Source of the DNA: Hemiscyllium ocellatum
Taxonomy: Eukaryota
DNA length: 64,000 bases
Reading direction: 5' to 3'
NCBI RefSeq assembly: GCF_020745735.1
Contig: NC_083409.1
Location: forward strand, 16,354,789-16,418,788
Shown here: one piece after another, positions 37,567-51,540 of the stretch
Layout of the letters: the number at the start of each line of letters is the position of its first letter
Numbering within the stretch: position 1 is the first letter of the stretch
Program-made: the position numbers and the translations under genes
Notes under the pieces: model-generated
What the model saw: only the letters and a program-made list of their open reading frames with translations
Databases searched by the model: none
What the model was told of the DNA's origin: nothing

Positions 37567-38394
37567 CATCAACCACATCATTTCTACCTCCCTCTACCGC
37601 TCTCGGTCCCCTGACATATCTCACACTGTCTCAGATGCTCCTCCCTCTATTCCTCGATGACACACACACTCTCCCTCTCTCTCTCTCTCTCTGTCTCGCT
37701 TCTCTCCCTTTCTCACAGTGTCCCAGGTGATGACAGTTGAATGCAGAATAAATCTCCTTCTGCTCTGCCCCAATAATGGATGTTAACCTTTGACCCCAGA
37801 AGCATGTTTTTTTTTCCCTGGAGTAAGGCCCCATTTCCCACAGTGACCAAGGTTTAGCCTCTCTCAGGAAGATGGACAGATTCTTGTCAAAGGAAGGGCA
37901 GTTCTGTGCTGTTGGCCTATTCTCACTGGGGACTGGTTTGGACACAAACCTCATTCCATGAAGGCCCAGCAGAGAGATGAGTTCCTCAGGCCATCAGTGT
38001 GAGCTGGAGGGATGGGGCAGGACAGTTTGTGACCCAGTGACCCATCCTGTCCATTCACAACATGCTCCAATCCCTTCCCCTCTCCTTCCCATTCCATGAT
38101 CAGTCTCTGAGTCAAGGTGTTTCACTGGGATGATGTTCAGAGCATCACAGTTACAGCAGAAGGGAACTGGCCCCACACCAACCATGGCGTCCATGATGTA
38201 ATGGACACTCCAACAGAGTCCAACAAACATGGAATTCAGTTCACGGGGCTGCCCAATGGAGAGACATGGACCTCCTTCCCACTGAACCGCCCAATTGAGA
38301 CCAGTAAACATGGGCCTCCTTCCCACTGAACCTTCTAATTGAGACCAGTAAACATGGGGCTCCTAATCACTGGACTTTCCAATGGAGATGAGTG

Positions 38395-39645
38395 GATGGC
38401 TGAGTTTTTGAAGAAGTAAGCAAGAAGGTAGATAAAGGTACAGCAGTACACTCTGTCTACATGGACTTTAGCAAGGCCTTAGACAAGGTTCCCCCCACCA
38501 TGGCAGACTGCTCAGTAAGATTATATCACATAGGATCCAGGGAGAGCGAGCCAATTGGATATAAAATTGGCCTGATGGTAGGAGACAGAGGCTGGTGAGA
38601 GAGGGTTGTTCTTCAGACTGGAGGCTAGTGACCAGCCGTCTGCCACAAGAATCGATCCTGGATCCACTGTTGGTCTTCATTTATATGAACAATGTGGATG
38701 AGAAAATAAGAGGAATGGTCAGTAAGTTTGTGGCTGACATTAAAATTATTGGCATCATCGACAGGGAAGAAGGTTATCCAAGAGTGCAATGTCATCTTGA
38801 TCAACTGGGCCAGTGGGTCAACAAATCCAGATGGAGTTTAATTTCGATAAATGGAAGGAGTTACCTTTTGGTAAGACAAAACAGGGCAGGAATTACACAA
38901 TAAATGGTAGAGTCATGGGGAGTGTTGTTGAACAGAGAGACCGAGGGGTACAGGTACACAGTTCCTTGAAAGTGGTGTCACAGGTAGACAGGGTGGTGAA
39001 GAAGGTATTTGACACGCTCACCTTCACTGGAAAAAGCAGGGAGTACAGGAGCTGGGACATCATGTGACAGCTGTATAAGATATTGATAATGTCACATTTG
39101 GACACTGTGCACATTTCTGCTCACCCTGCTATAGGAAGGAAGTTATTACACTGGTTTGGATAAAACGAAGATTAACAGGGATGTTACCAAGATTGGAGGG
39201 TTTGAATTATAAGGCGAGGATGGATAGGCCGAGATGTTCTTCCAGGAAATGCAGAAGATTGAGGGGTGACCAGATAGAGGTTCATAGAATCATGAGGGTC
39301 ATTGATAAGATGAATAGTCAAAGTCTTTTCCTCAGGGTAGGAGAGTCCAGTACTAGAAGAAATAGATTTAAGTTGAGAGGGGAAAGAGTTAGAAGGGCCC
39401 TGAGAGGCAACCTTTTCACACAGAGGATGGCGTGTGTGTGCAATGACTGCCAGAGGAAGTGGTAAAGGTGAGTACAATTACTACATTTCCAGGACATTTT
39501 TACAGGAACATGGATAGGAAGGATTCGGAGAGATTTGGGCCAAACACAGGCAAATGGGACTAGTTCAGTTTTGGAAACTTGGTCGGCATGGATGAGTAGA
39601 GCTGAAGGGCCTGATGCCATGCTGTAAACCTCCATAACTCTATGA
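38395..39645 (+). mobile_element. 5'-truncated CR1 inserted into the 44-bp minisatellite
   Basis: VYMDFSKALDKVP through to the 3' UTR; minisatellite units on both sides. Confidence 0.85.
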
Positions 39646-41709
39646 TGATGTCCACATGGTCCATCTTCCCATAGGCCCAGTAAACATGGACCTCCTTCCC
39701 ACTGGAACCTCCAATAGGCACCAATAAACATGGACCTCCTTCCCACTGGATGCTTCAGAAGAGACCAGTAAACATGGGCCTCCTTCCCTCAGGACTGTCC
39801 AATATGTGAGCTGCAAACTCCACATCCTCTCCATCACGTAGGTCTCTTATTTCAGTCTTAACGACATTGTCCGTCTCTGCACTACCTCAGCCCCTTGACC
39901 ACAGAAAGCCTAATTCCTGTTTGTCCTGCCTTCTAACTATATGATTCCAATGTCCTCTCCCAGCTTCCTGAAGCCAAATCCCATAAACGCCAGCTTGTCT
40001 GATATGGCGTGGTCTCTTCCATGTCTTTCCATGTGTTATTCCAGAATGACCCCTGACTTCACTGACAGCCAATTGCCTCCATGACCTTTCTCCTCCCTCA
40101 CTCTGTGCCCTGCTGCAGATTCACATTCCCTCCCTCCCCCTTCCATCTTCTCTCGCTGGTCTCCTACCCATTGCTGCTTCCTCCATCCCAGTATTGACAG
40201 CAGAGCCTTCAGACCCCTAGAGCTCTCTGACCCCCTGCCCTTCATCCCTCCCCCTCTCAATTGTTGTGCTATTGAATATACTGTTGAGTGCCATTACTTT
40301 TGGTTCACTGTTCCCTTGCCATTGATTTGCTGATGTAGTCCAGTAAATCTAGTCTGGCGTGTTCCCTGAGGTGGTTCAAGAGCGCTTTCCTTGAGAAAAC
40401 ACTTTTCTGTAAACTGGGTTGTCTGTTTCTCCCAGTCTTTGTGTAAAGGTGAGACTAAGTGTGTGTAAGCTCTTATACAGCACAGACAGAGGTCACTGGG
40501 CCTGTAGTGACTGTTAGTCAAATTAGTCCAATGAGTCCCATTTCCTCAGCCCTTCCTGTATAACCCTGCAATTGTTTCCTTTACACCTATTTGTCCAAAT
40601 GCCCTTTTGAAAGTTGCTGTTGAATCCACTTCCACTCACCTTGCAGACAGTCATCATGAACTCGCTGGATAAAAATGTTCCTATCTTCTTTCTTGGTGTT
40701 CAGACCCTGTCTGAAATGTGTGCCCTCTGGTTACTGACCCTCCTGCCTGGAGAAACAATTTGTCCTGTATTTACTGCATTCAAACTCTCTAATTGGGGAC
40801 CCCTCATTGAGTGAGACCTATTTCCAGCACAGGGGGAGAACATTCAGCCTGTCAGTGAAATGCTGTCATTTAATGGAGCCATCCAGTCAGTCCCACCCCC
40901 TACCCTACTCGATCCTCAGAGCCTTGCAGGTTTATTTCCATCAAGAGCCCATCCAATCTGCCATTGCAATCAATGTTTCTTCACCTGCCTCACCTGAATG
41001 GGCACTAATTTTGAAGTCATTGCCAATTGCTGCAAAAAACAAAGTTCTTTCTGTCGTTTCATATCTCTTGCCCAACAAAATGTAAGGTAATCTCAATGTA
41101 AAGATGGGATTTTGTCTCCACACGGACTGTGCGGTGGTCACCCTTACTGATACTGTCATGGACAGCTACACCAGCAGCAGGTAGGTTGGTGAGGGTGATA
41201 GTGAGTTTGTTTTTCCCTCTTGTTGGTTCCCTCACCACCTGCCCCAGGTCCAGTCTAGCAGCTGAATCAGGTGGAACTTGGCCAGCTTGCTCAGTAGTGA
41301 TGCTTCTGAGCAGCTCTTGAAGGTGGACTTTGAAGTCCCTTACTCAGGGTATATCCTGCATCATTCCCACCCACAGTGCTCCCTCCAAGTGTTGTTCAAT
41401 ATGGAGGAGGACTGACTGCTCAGTTGAGGTTGGAGCGGAGGGCGGTGCTATGTGGTAATCAGCAGGAGGTTTCCTTCCCCATGTTTGACCTGCTGTCATG
41501 AGGCTTCATGGGTTCCATAGTTAATGGTGAGGACTCCCAGGGTAACTCCCTTTCGACTGTACACACCACTGTGTTGCCTCCCCTGCTTGGTCTATCCCGC
41601 CAGTTAAAAACTGAATGAGGGAACAATTCTGTGCAGGTTTCACAGCTTAGAGACAGAGCTGCTGCTGGATTCTGTTTCTGATCTCCGAGTGCAGGTGTGT
41701 GTGTTTGTG

Positions 41710-41904
41710 AGCTGCTCCGAGCTCCTTCTTTCATTTCCTCTCTTGGTGAAGTTACAACCTTCCGATCTGACAGCCTTTGCAGTTATTTTTTATACTGGGG
41801 CTTTCTGCTGTGGTCAGAATCTCTAATAATAAATGTCCGATCAGTGACAATCACAGCAGCTAAGAGCAGTCAGGACTGAGGAGCCAGGCTCACTGGGAAA
41901 CACA
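41710..41904 (-). promoter_or_regulatory. Conserved promoter-like block, copy 2 (CCAAT mutated to CCGAT)
   Basis: 8 differences from copy 1 in ~194 bp by manual alignment. Confidence 0.5.
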
Positions 41905-42320
41905 TTGGAAAGGTCACAGCCATCTTCTTCAGCTCCCAGTACAAACTCCATCCCTCTCCCTGAGCCCTGTCTGCTGCTCAACCAGACTCTTTTCAACCTG
42001 GGCCTCATCTTTGGGGCTGTTCTGAGTCCCACATCTTCCACATCACAAAGATCAGCCACTGAAAATCTCAGCCATCCTGTTGTGAATCCAAACATGGGCA
42101 TTCGAATATTGTGCTTGCACACATCACAGACACTGCACTCACTCTTCCCAAAGTATGCTGCCAATGTCCAGACTTGCACCAACTTCTATTTCCCCAATCC
42201 CCTGCACACCATGTCTACATTGGCTCCTGGAACAGCAACACTTCGGTCATCAAATTCTCATGCTTGTTCTCAAATCCATCCCTGTCCTTCACTCTCCCTA
42301 TCTCTGTAACCTCCTCCAAG
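41905..42320 (+). mobile_element. L2 LINE 3' fragment; paralogues at 24873-24960 plus 26290-26630 (+) and 61975-62430 (-); other L2 pieces at 21890-22030 and 39805-40040
   Basis: IGKxxAIxF...SIPLP...LNQT L2 RT C-terminal motif and the L2 tail. Confidence 0.72.
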
Positions 42321-42559
42321 CTGTGTTGCTCAGTGTGGTCTGCAATCTTGGATAAATGGCTCGCTATTCCTTCATCCAAGTCATTGAGAAATATCATGAA
42401 ATGCTTAGATCCCAGCGCAGATCCCTGGGGACACCAATATTCACATTATTGGAGAGCACACACATCATCCCTCTTCTCTGTCTCCTATATCGAAAGGCCA
42501 CCTACATCCAAATGAATTCCTCACCAAAGACAGATATTTTTCTCTAATTGGCTTAATGG

Positions 42560-43365
42560 TAGGAAGCAGAGGTTCATAGTGGAAGGATGCTAGTCTGACT
42601 GGGGGCCAGTGACTTGTGGAGTGCCTCAGGGTTCAGTGCTGGACCCATTATTGTTTGTTATCTCTATCAATAATTTGGATGAGAATCTGCAAGGCATGAT
42701 TAGTAAGTTTGCAGACGACACTACAAGAAGCGGTGTCATGGCCTTCATCAGTCAGGGTACTGGGTATAGAATTTGGGAAGTTATATTACAGATGTACAGG
42801 ATATTGGTGAGGTCTCACTTGGAGTATTGTGTTCAGTTTTGGTCACTTTGTTATAGGAAGGATATTATTAAACCACAAAGAGTACAGAAGAAATTTACAA
42901 GGATGTTGCCTGGACTCAATGATCTGAGTGACAGGAAGAGGTTGGACAAATTAGGATTCATTTCTTAGAGCGTAGGAGACTGAGGGGGATCTTTTAGAAG
43001 TAGAAAAGATCATGTGAGACATGGATAGAGTGAATGCACTCAGTCTTTTTCCCAGAGTTGGGGAATCAAGGAGTAGAGGGCATCGGTTTAAGGTTAGAAT
43101 AAAAGAGAACCTGAGGTACAACATTTTTACAGCAAGGGTCGTCCGCATATGGAATGAGCTGCAGTGGAAATGATTGAGGGGGGTAGATTAACAACATTTA
43201 AAAAGCATTTTGACAAATACATAGATAGGAAAATCTTTGAAGGATATGGGCCAAGTGCAGGGAAATGCGGTTAGTGTGGATGGACATTTTGGTCAGCACG
43301 GTCCAGTTTGGGCCAAAGGGCCTGTCTCTGTACTGCAGGACTCGATGATTCTGTGACTCTATATT
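42560..43365 (+). mobile_element. 5'-truncated CR1
   Basis: GVPQGSVLDPLLF, KFADDT and LEYCVQFWS motifs, then the 3' UTR. Confidence 0.85.
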
Positions 43366-43535
43366 TCCATTGTGTCCATGTTTATAAACAATCTCTCATA
43401 CATAGAAGCAAAGGAACTAGGAGCAGGAAGAGGCCATTCAGCCCTTTGAGTCAGCTCCACCATTCAATATGACCATGGTTGATTATTCAACTTAGTCCCC
43501 TGTTTCCATTTTCCCCCATAACCTTTCATCCCTTC

Positions 43536-44304
43536 GCCAAAAACGGATACCCACGCAACTTTATCACCAGATGCCTAAGAGATAGACCACGGAACGAGGA
43601 CATGCCACAACCAAAAGGACTAGCCACACTACCATACGTCAGGAGCGTCTCAGAACTGACAGCCAGACTACTGCGACCCTTAGGACTCATAACAGCACAC
43701 AAGCCAACTTCCACACTCAGACAACAACTCACTAGAACAAAGGACCCAATAGCCAGCACGAGCCAAACTAATGAAGTTTACAAAATACCATGCAAGGACT
43801 GCACAAAACACTATATAGGACAAACAGGAAGACAGCTAACAATCCGCATCCATGAACATCAGCTAGCCACAAAATGACACGACCAGCTATCCCTAGTAGC
43901 CATACACTCAGACAACCAGGAACATGAATTTGACTGGGAAAACACTACCATCATAGGACAAGCCAGACAGAGAACAGCCAGGGAATTCCTAGAGGCATGG
44001 CATTAATCCACAAACTCCATTAACAGACACATGGACCTGGACCCCATATACAAACCACTACAGCTGAAACTGACACCCGGAAGCGGCAAGAACATCCATC
44101 AACAGACACATCGACCTGGACCCCACATAAATACTACAGCTGAAACTGACACCCGGAGGCGGCAAGAACAAACCACTATAAATACCGGAAGAAACATCAA
44201 AGCAGCGCTTTACAGGAGGCTCCAATAGCACTGATGATGTTCCCTAGCCAGGGAACGAAACGTTTGCAGCAAAAACTTCCAGCTCGGCGAACAGAACCAC
44301 AACA
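43536..44304 (+). mobile_element. Penelope-like (Poseidon-type) 5'-truncated insertion with an 8-bp TSD
   Basis: VYKIPCKDCTKHYIGQTGRQLTIRIHEH. ATCCCTTC flanks it at 43528-43535 and 44305-44312, and there is a ~75-bp internal tandem duplication at 44021-44170. Confidence 0.9.
44228..44267 (+). ncRNA. Minimal type-I hammerhead ribozyme motif in the Poseidon pLTR
   Basis: GCA-CUGAUGA-U-GUUCCCU(AGCC)AGGGAAC-GAAAC-GUU-UGC: core, 7-bp stem II, palindromic stem III and 3-bp stem I. Confidence 0.65.
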
Positions 44305-45479
44305 ATCCCTTCAGTCCCAAGAACTGTCCCTATCATCTTCTTGAAAACATTTCATGTTTTGGGCTCAACTGCTTTCTGTGACAGAATATTCCACTAGCTT
44401 CCCACTCTCTGGCTAAAGAAATGTCTCCTCATTTCAGTCCGAAATGGCCTTTCCCTTTTCTTTAAACTGTAATTCCTGGTTCTGGATTTTCCAGTCATTA
44501 GGAACATCCTTCCTGTGTTTTTCCGGTCTTGTCCTGTTAGGATTTTATAGGTTTTAATGTGATTCCTCTCAATCTTCTAAACTCCAGTGAATATAGTCCT
44601 AACTGATCCAGTTTCTCAACAAATATAAGTGCTGTCCTCCCAGGAATCAGTCTGGTAAACCTTCATTTCCCTCCCTCCACAACCAGAACATCATTTCTCA
44701 GATACTGAGTCCAAAACTGCACACAATAGAATCATAAAATCACACAGTACAGAGGAGGCCCTTTGGCCCATTAACTGTGTACCAGCCAATTTCCACTAAA
44801 CCTACACCTAAGTCTCACTTTCTAACACAAGGCCCATCGCTTGAATGTTATGACATTTCAACTACTCACCCAAGTACTTTTTCAGGTTTCCCACTTCAAC
44901 TACCTTTCCATGGTGTGCATTCAAAAACCACATCATCCTCTGGGTGAAAAACAATTTCCTCAAAACATCTTGAAACCTCCTATCTTTCACATTGAATGTG
45001 AACCAACTTGTTATTGACCACCACCCCCCGACAAAGGAAGACAGCTGCTTTCTCTCCACCATGCCCATTCCCCTCATAACCTTATACACCTCTATCACGT
45101 CCCCCCTCCACGTTCTCTGCGCTGAAGAAAACAACCCGAGCTGATCCAATTTCTCTTCATCACTGAGAGGTTTAATCCCACGTAACATCCTGGTGATTCC
45201 CCTCTGCACCCCATCCAGTGCAATCACATCCTTCCTACAGTGTGGTGACCTGAACTGCCCACAGTACTCCAGCTGTGGCCTAAGTAATGTTCTGCTTAAC
45301 TGCACCATATCCTCCTGCTTTTATAACCAATACCTGAAATGACAAATACAAGTGCCTTCATAACTGCTCTGTTAACCTGTCTTGCCACATTCAGAGATCC
45401 GTGGGCAAGTACCCCAAGATCACTATGTACCACTGAGCTTCGTCAGTTCAAAGAACAAAGAAAATTACAGCACAGACTC

Positions 45480-47935
45480 AGATCCTTCGGCCCTCGAAGC
45501 CTGCGTCGATCCAGAACATCGACCTAAACTGGTCATCAATTTTCCAAGGATCTTTATCCCTTTGCTCCCTGCCCGTTCCTGTGTCTGTCTAGATACATCT
45601 TTAATGGTGCGACCATGCCTGCCTCTATTACCTTGGCTGGCAACACGTTCCAGGCACCAACCACATTCTGTGTAAAGAACTTTCCATGCATTTCTCCCTT
45701 AAACTTTCCCCTCTAACCTTCAACTCATGACCCCGAGTAATTGAGTCCCCCACTCTGGGAAAAAGCTGTGTGCTACCCACTCTATCTCTCCCACACATGA
45801 TTTTGTAGATCTCAAGCAGGTCTCCCCTCAACCTTCGACTTTCTCATGAAAATAATCCTGATCTACTCACCCTTTCTCCATAGCTAGTGCCCTCCATACC
45901 AGGCAATCCCAGTGAACCTCCTCAGCACCCTCTCCAAAGCATCCACATCCTTCTGGTAATATGGCGACCAGAACTGTGGGCAGTATTCCAAATGTGGCCA
46001 AACCAAAGTCCGATATAATTCTATCATGACCTGCCAACTTTTGTACTCAGTTCTCCACCCGATGAAGGAAAGCAGGCCATATGCCTTCTTGACCACTCTA
46101 TCGACCTGTGTTGCAACATTCAGGTTACAATGAACCTGAACACCCAGATCTCTCTGTACATCTATTTTCTCCAGGACTTTCCATTCACTGTATAGTTCAT
46201 CTAGAATTGGATCTTCCAAAATTCATCAGCTCGAATTTGTCCAGATTGAACTCCATCCATCCGTTTCTCTGCCCAACTCTCCAATCTGTCTATATTCCGC
46301 TGTATTCTCTGACAGTCCCCTTCACTATCTGCTACTCCACCAATCTTAGTGTCATCTGCAAACTTGCCAATCAGACCACCTATACCTTCCTTCAGATCAT
46401 TTATGTACATCACAAACAACATGGATCCCTGTGGAACACCACAGGTCAGTTTTCAATTTTGAGAAACTCCCTTCCTCTACTATTGTCTGTCTCCTGTTGC
46501 CCAGCCTGTTCTCTATCCATCTGGCTAGTACACCCTGGACCCCATGTGACTTTAATTTCTCCATCAGGCTATCATGGGGAACTTTGTGAAACACCTTACT
46601 GAAGTCCATGTATATGACACAAACAGCCCTTTCCTCATCAATCAACTTTGTCACTTCTTCAAAGAATTCTATTAAGTTAGGAAGATATGACATTCCCTGC
46701 ACAAAATCATGCTGCCTATCACTGATAAGTCAATTTTCTTCCAAATGTAAATAGATCCAATCCCTCAGTATCTTTTCCAGCATCTTCCCTACCACTGACG
46801 TCAGGCTCACCGGTTGATAATAACCTGGATTATCCTTGCTGCCCTTCTTAAACAAGGGGAAAACATTAGCAATTCTCTAGTCCTCTGGGATCTCTGCCAC
46901 GTTCAAGGCGGCTACAAAGATATCTGTTAAGGCCCCAGCTATTTCCTCTCTCGGTTCCCTCAGTAACCTGGGATAGATCCCATCCCGACATGGGGACTTG
47001 TCCACCTTAATGCTTTTTAGAATACTCAACACTTCCTCCACTCTTAAACCGACTTGACCTAAAGTAATCAAACATCTATCCCTAATTTCAACATCCATCT
47101 TTTCCCTCTTCTTGATGTCTACTGAAACAAAGTACTCATTAAGAAGCTCTCCCATTTTCTCTGACTCCACGCCTAACTTTCCTCCTTTGTCCTTGAGTGG
47201 GCCAACCCTTTCACTGGTACCCCACTTGCTTCTTTTATATAAATAAAAGGTTTTGGGATTTTCCTAAACCCTGTTTGCTAATGATATTTCATGACCCCTT
47301 TTAGCCCCTTTAATTCCTCATTTCAGATCTGTCCTACTTTCCCGGTATTCTTCCAAAGCTTTATCTGTTTACAGCCACATAGACCTTATGTATGCATCCT
47401 TTTTCCTCTTAGCTTGTCTCACAATTTCTTCTGTCATCCAGGGTTCCCTAATCTTGCCATCCCTCTGCTACCTTATCTTGAACCTTCCCCAAGAGTATGA
47501 GCAAAAGTACCACAGAGGACATTAGTTCCAGTCCTGCCCAGGTGTAGACCATCTGATTTTTAATAGTCCCACTTCGCCCAGAACTGGTCCTAATGTCCCA
47601 AAAATCTGAGCATCTCCTTCCTACACCATCTCTCAAGTCACGCATTCATCCTGCTTTTTTTTTCATTTCTGCTACGTGGCACTGGTAGCAATCCTGAGAT
47701 TACTACCTCTGAGGTTCTACTTTTTAACGTGGTTCCTACCTCCTAAATTCTGCTGTAGGACCTTATCCCATTTATTACTGATATCATTTGTGCCTACATG
47801 CACCATCACAGCTAGCTGTTCACCTCCCCCTTCAGAATGTCCTGTAGCTGATCTGACACATCCCTGACCTGTGCACCTCGGAGGCAACATGCTATTCAGA
47901 AGTCTCATTTTTGACCACAGATCCATCTGCCTTCT
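45480..47935 (-). mobile_element. Long internally deleted CR1 (ORF1 esterase, RT, 3' end)
   Basis: EGGGEQLAVMVHVGTNDIS, YMDFSKVFHKVPH and KFADDTKIGG on the minus strand. Confidence 0.85.
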
Positions 47936-48814
47936 CCCCTTACAAAGTCCAAACAAACCATATCCATGGGATCCACATGATCACATCCACTTGCTACATC
48001 CTTGAACAATTCCAGGTGATTTGTTAAGCATATTTCCCTTTCGTAAATCTATGCTGACTCTGTCCAATTCTGTCACTGTTTTCAAAGTGCTAAGCTATAA
48101 AACATTTTAGACTGATCTTGAACAGTTTCTCCACTGCTAATGTCCGGTTAATTGGTCTCAAATTCCTTATTTTCCCTCTCTCTCTCTTTTTCAATAGTCG
48201 TGTTAAATTAGCTGCCCTCCACTCTCGAGAACCTATCCCACAGCCGACAAACAGATAACTGTCAGTGTTTCCAGTATTTTACAACCGCTTCCTGAAGTAC
48301 TCCCGAAAATATATTATTTGTCCCTGCTGATTTAACATACTTTAATTTTCCCAGAACCATTTCCTTACAAAGACAGATTCCTTTCGTTCCTTCCTCTGAT
48401 AAGACCCTGGGTTCACCAACATTTTTAAGATATATTTGAGAATTCATTTGTGAAGAAAGATCCAGAATATGTTTATCTGTCATCTCTTTGTTTCAATTAT
48501 AACATTATAACATTTGTGTGTAACTTCCTTGAATGTCATCTGGATGTCCATATAAACAACACATTCCCTTATCTCACACATTAGTGACCTCTTTATAGTA
48601 TGTCACCAGGTTAGTTGAAGATGTCTGAACCTCTTTAAATCCATGATGACTTACTCTGATCAGGTTAGATTTGTCAGATATTCTGTCTCTAAAACTAGAT
48701 TCAATCAATTCCCAACAACAGACATTCAACAGAGATGTTCATTGTGAGAGGTTAGTAAACAGATAGCACTGACACGAAGGGCTGAACAACCTCCTCCTGG
48801 AGTCATTAAGTCAT

Positions 48815-51540
48815 AGAGATGATCAGCACGGAAACAGACCCTTCAGTCTAACCCATCCATGCCGACCAGATATCCCACCCCAGTCTTGTACACTTGCCAA
48901 CACCCGACCCATCGAAACCCTTCCTATTCATTTCCCTATCCAGATGCATTTTAAATGTTGTAATTGTACTAGCCTCCACCATTTCCTCTGGCAGCCCATT
49001 TCACACACACACCACCCTCTGCGTGAAACATTGGCCCCCTCAAGTCTCTTTTATGTTTTTTCCCTCTCACCCTAATCCTATGCCCTCTAGTTTTGGACTC
49101 CCAACCCCAGGGAAAAAACCTTATCTCTTTATCCTATGCATGCTCCTCATACTTTTATAAACCTCTATAAGGTCACCCCTTAGCTTCTGATGCTCCAGCG
49201 AAAAAAGCCCCAACCTATTCAACTTCTACCTATAACACAAATCCTCCAAACCTGGCAACATCCTTGCAAATGTTTTCTGAACCCTTTCAAGATTCACAAC
49301 ATTCTTCAGATAGGATGGAGACCGGACTTGTGCACAATTTTCCAAAAGTGGTCTATCCAATGTCCTGTACAGCCGCAACATGACCTCCCAACTCCTGTAC
49401 TCAGTACTCTGACCAATAAAGGAAAGCATACCAAATGCCTTCTTCACTATCCTATCTACCTGTGACTCCACTTTCAAGGAGATATGAAACTACACTCCAA
49501 GGTGTCTTTGTTCAGCAACACTCTCTGGGGCCTGACCATTAAGTACATACGTCCTGCTAAGATTTACTTTGCTAAAATGCAGCACGTCACATTTATCTAA
49601 ATTAAACTCCATCTGCCACTCTTTAGCTCATTGGACCTTTTGATCAAGATCCCATTGTTATCTGAGGAAACCTTCTTCACTGTCCACTACACCACCAAAT
49701 TTTGGTGGCATCTGTAAACTTACTAACTATATCTCCTATGTTCACATCCAAATCATTTATATAAATGACGAAAAATAATGGATTCAGCACCAACCCTTGT
49801 GGCACTCCACTGGTCACAGGCCTCCAGTCTGAAAAGCAACCCTCCACCACCATCCGCTGTCTTCTACTTTTCAGCCAGTTCTGTATACAAATGGCTAGTT
49901 CTCCCTGTACTCCATAAGACATAACCTTGCTAAACAGTCTCCCATGTGGAACCTTGTTGAATGCCTTACTGAAGTCCACATAGATCCCGTCTAATACTCT
50001 GTCCTCATCAATCCTCCTTGTTACGTCTTCAAAAAAACTCAATCAACTTTGTAAGACATGATTTTGCACATATTATTGGGCAATACACAGTGTACATTGT
50101 GTCCAGGAGCATCTTGAAAAGGTGTCTTTCTCTGGTTCCATTTTCAGCTCCAGGGCTGTCATGAAGGAGCTGAAAGAATTTTTGGTGACGTAGTTTAGGA
50201 CGGTGAGGGCTGTGTGAAGGGTTTCAGCAGTGACTGATGATTGCAGCTCCTTGTTCAGTCTGCTCCTCCCCACCACTGGTCAAGCCATGTAACCTCCTGT
50301 CACACTGAGTGACATTGCAATCCATATCATAGTGTCAGTGCCAGCAAATAGCAGCATCACAGTCTGACCCACTGGGACAGGCATCACTGCCTGACATCAA
50401 AACACGGAGCCTGAAACCCCTCCCTCCATGCTCATAAACCCTACAGCATCGAAAAAAAACGGACACACAGCTCCTTCTATTACACACTGACCACCAGAGA
50501 GCCCCTTCAGAGGTAGAAGTCAGCATCGAAACTGAGAGAGAGGGAGAGATGGGGTGATGCAAAGACAAAGAGAGGGAAAGAGGAGAGAGAGAGACAAATA
50601 GAGAGAGAAAGAGAGAGAGAAAGAGAGAGACGGAGAGGGAGCCAATTATTGGGAGCCAGCTGCTGTCCATGTCTGAGGGAAGGAGTCTTATTCCATAAGA
50701 CCATAAGACCATTAGACATAGGAGTGGAAGTAAGGCCATTCGGCCCATCGAGTCCACTCCGCCATTCAATCATGGCTGATGGGTATTTCAACTCCACTCA
50801 CCTGCATTCTCCCCGTAGCCCTTAATTCCTCGAGACATCAAGAATTTATCAATCTCTGCCTTGAAGACATTTAGCGTCCCGGCCTCCACTGCACTCTGCG
50901 GCAATGAATTCAACAGGCCCACCACTCTCTGGCTGAAGAAATGTCTCCGCAATTCTGTTCTGAATTTACCCCCTCTAATTTTAAGGCTGTGTCCACGGGT
51001 CCTAGTCTCCTCGCCTAACAGAAAAAATTTCCTAGCGTCCACCCTTTCCAAGCCATGTATTATCTTCTAAGTTTCTATTAGACCTCCCCTTAATCTTCTA
51101 AACTCCAATGAATACAATCCCAGGATCCTAAGTCGTTCCTCATTTGTTAGACCAACCATTCCAGGGATCATCTGTGTGAATCTTCGCTGGACATGTTCCA
51201 GTGCCAGTATGCCCTTCCTGAGGTGTGGGGACCAAAACTAGAAACAGTACTCCAAATGGGGCCTAACCAGAGCTTTATAAAGTCTCAGTAGTACAATGGT
51301 GCTTTTATATTCCAACCCTCTTGAGATAAGTGATAACATTGCATTCGCTTTCTTAATCATGGGCTCAACCTGCATGTTTACCTTTAGTGAATCCTCGACT
51401 TGCATTCCAAGATCCTTCTGCACTTTGGCTTAACGAATTTTCTCACTGTTTAGAAAGTAGTCTATGCTTTTATTCTTTTTGCCAAAGTGCAAGACCTCGC
51501 ATTTGCTTACGTTGAATTCCATATTCCAATTATGTCAGAC
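48815..51540 (-). mobile_element. Two CR1 3' fragments (~48815-50070 and a young copy at ~50690-51540)
   Basis: RT motifs and a well-preserved 3' UTR with repeated CCATAAGA tail at ~50695. Confidence 0.82.

Noticed and set aside
38205-39800. Repeat units with variable parts, superficially CRISPR-like
   Set aside because: Head-to-tail minisatellite without unique spacers, in a vertebrate genome.
40380-40455. Possible leader-like exon ending AAAG|GTGAGA
   Set aside because: No in-frame ATG before an upstream stop and no downstream V exon.
14-50092. Other perfect heptamers (14, 5204, 16332, 16518, 37714, 37844, 50086) and a nonamer-like TGTTTTTGT at 57049
   Set aside because: None that I checked has a partner motif at 12- or 23-bp spacing. 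No signal joint or free RSS was seen.
50073-50500. Coding-looking minus-strand stretch (RLNKELQSSVTAETLHTALTVLNY...), and similar stretches at ~480-1020
   Set aside because: No recognisable domain or exon boundaries. Possibly DNA-transposon or gag debris, but this needs BLASTx.
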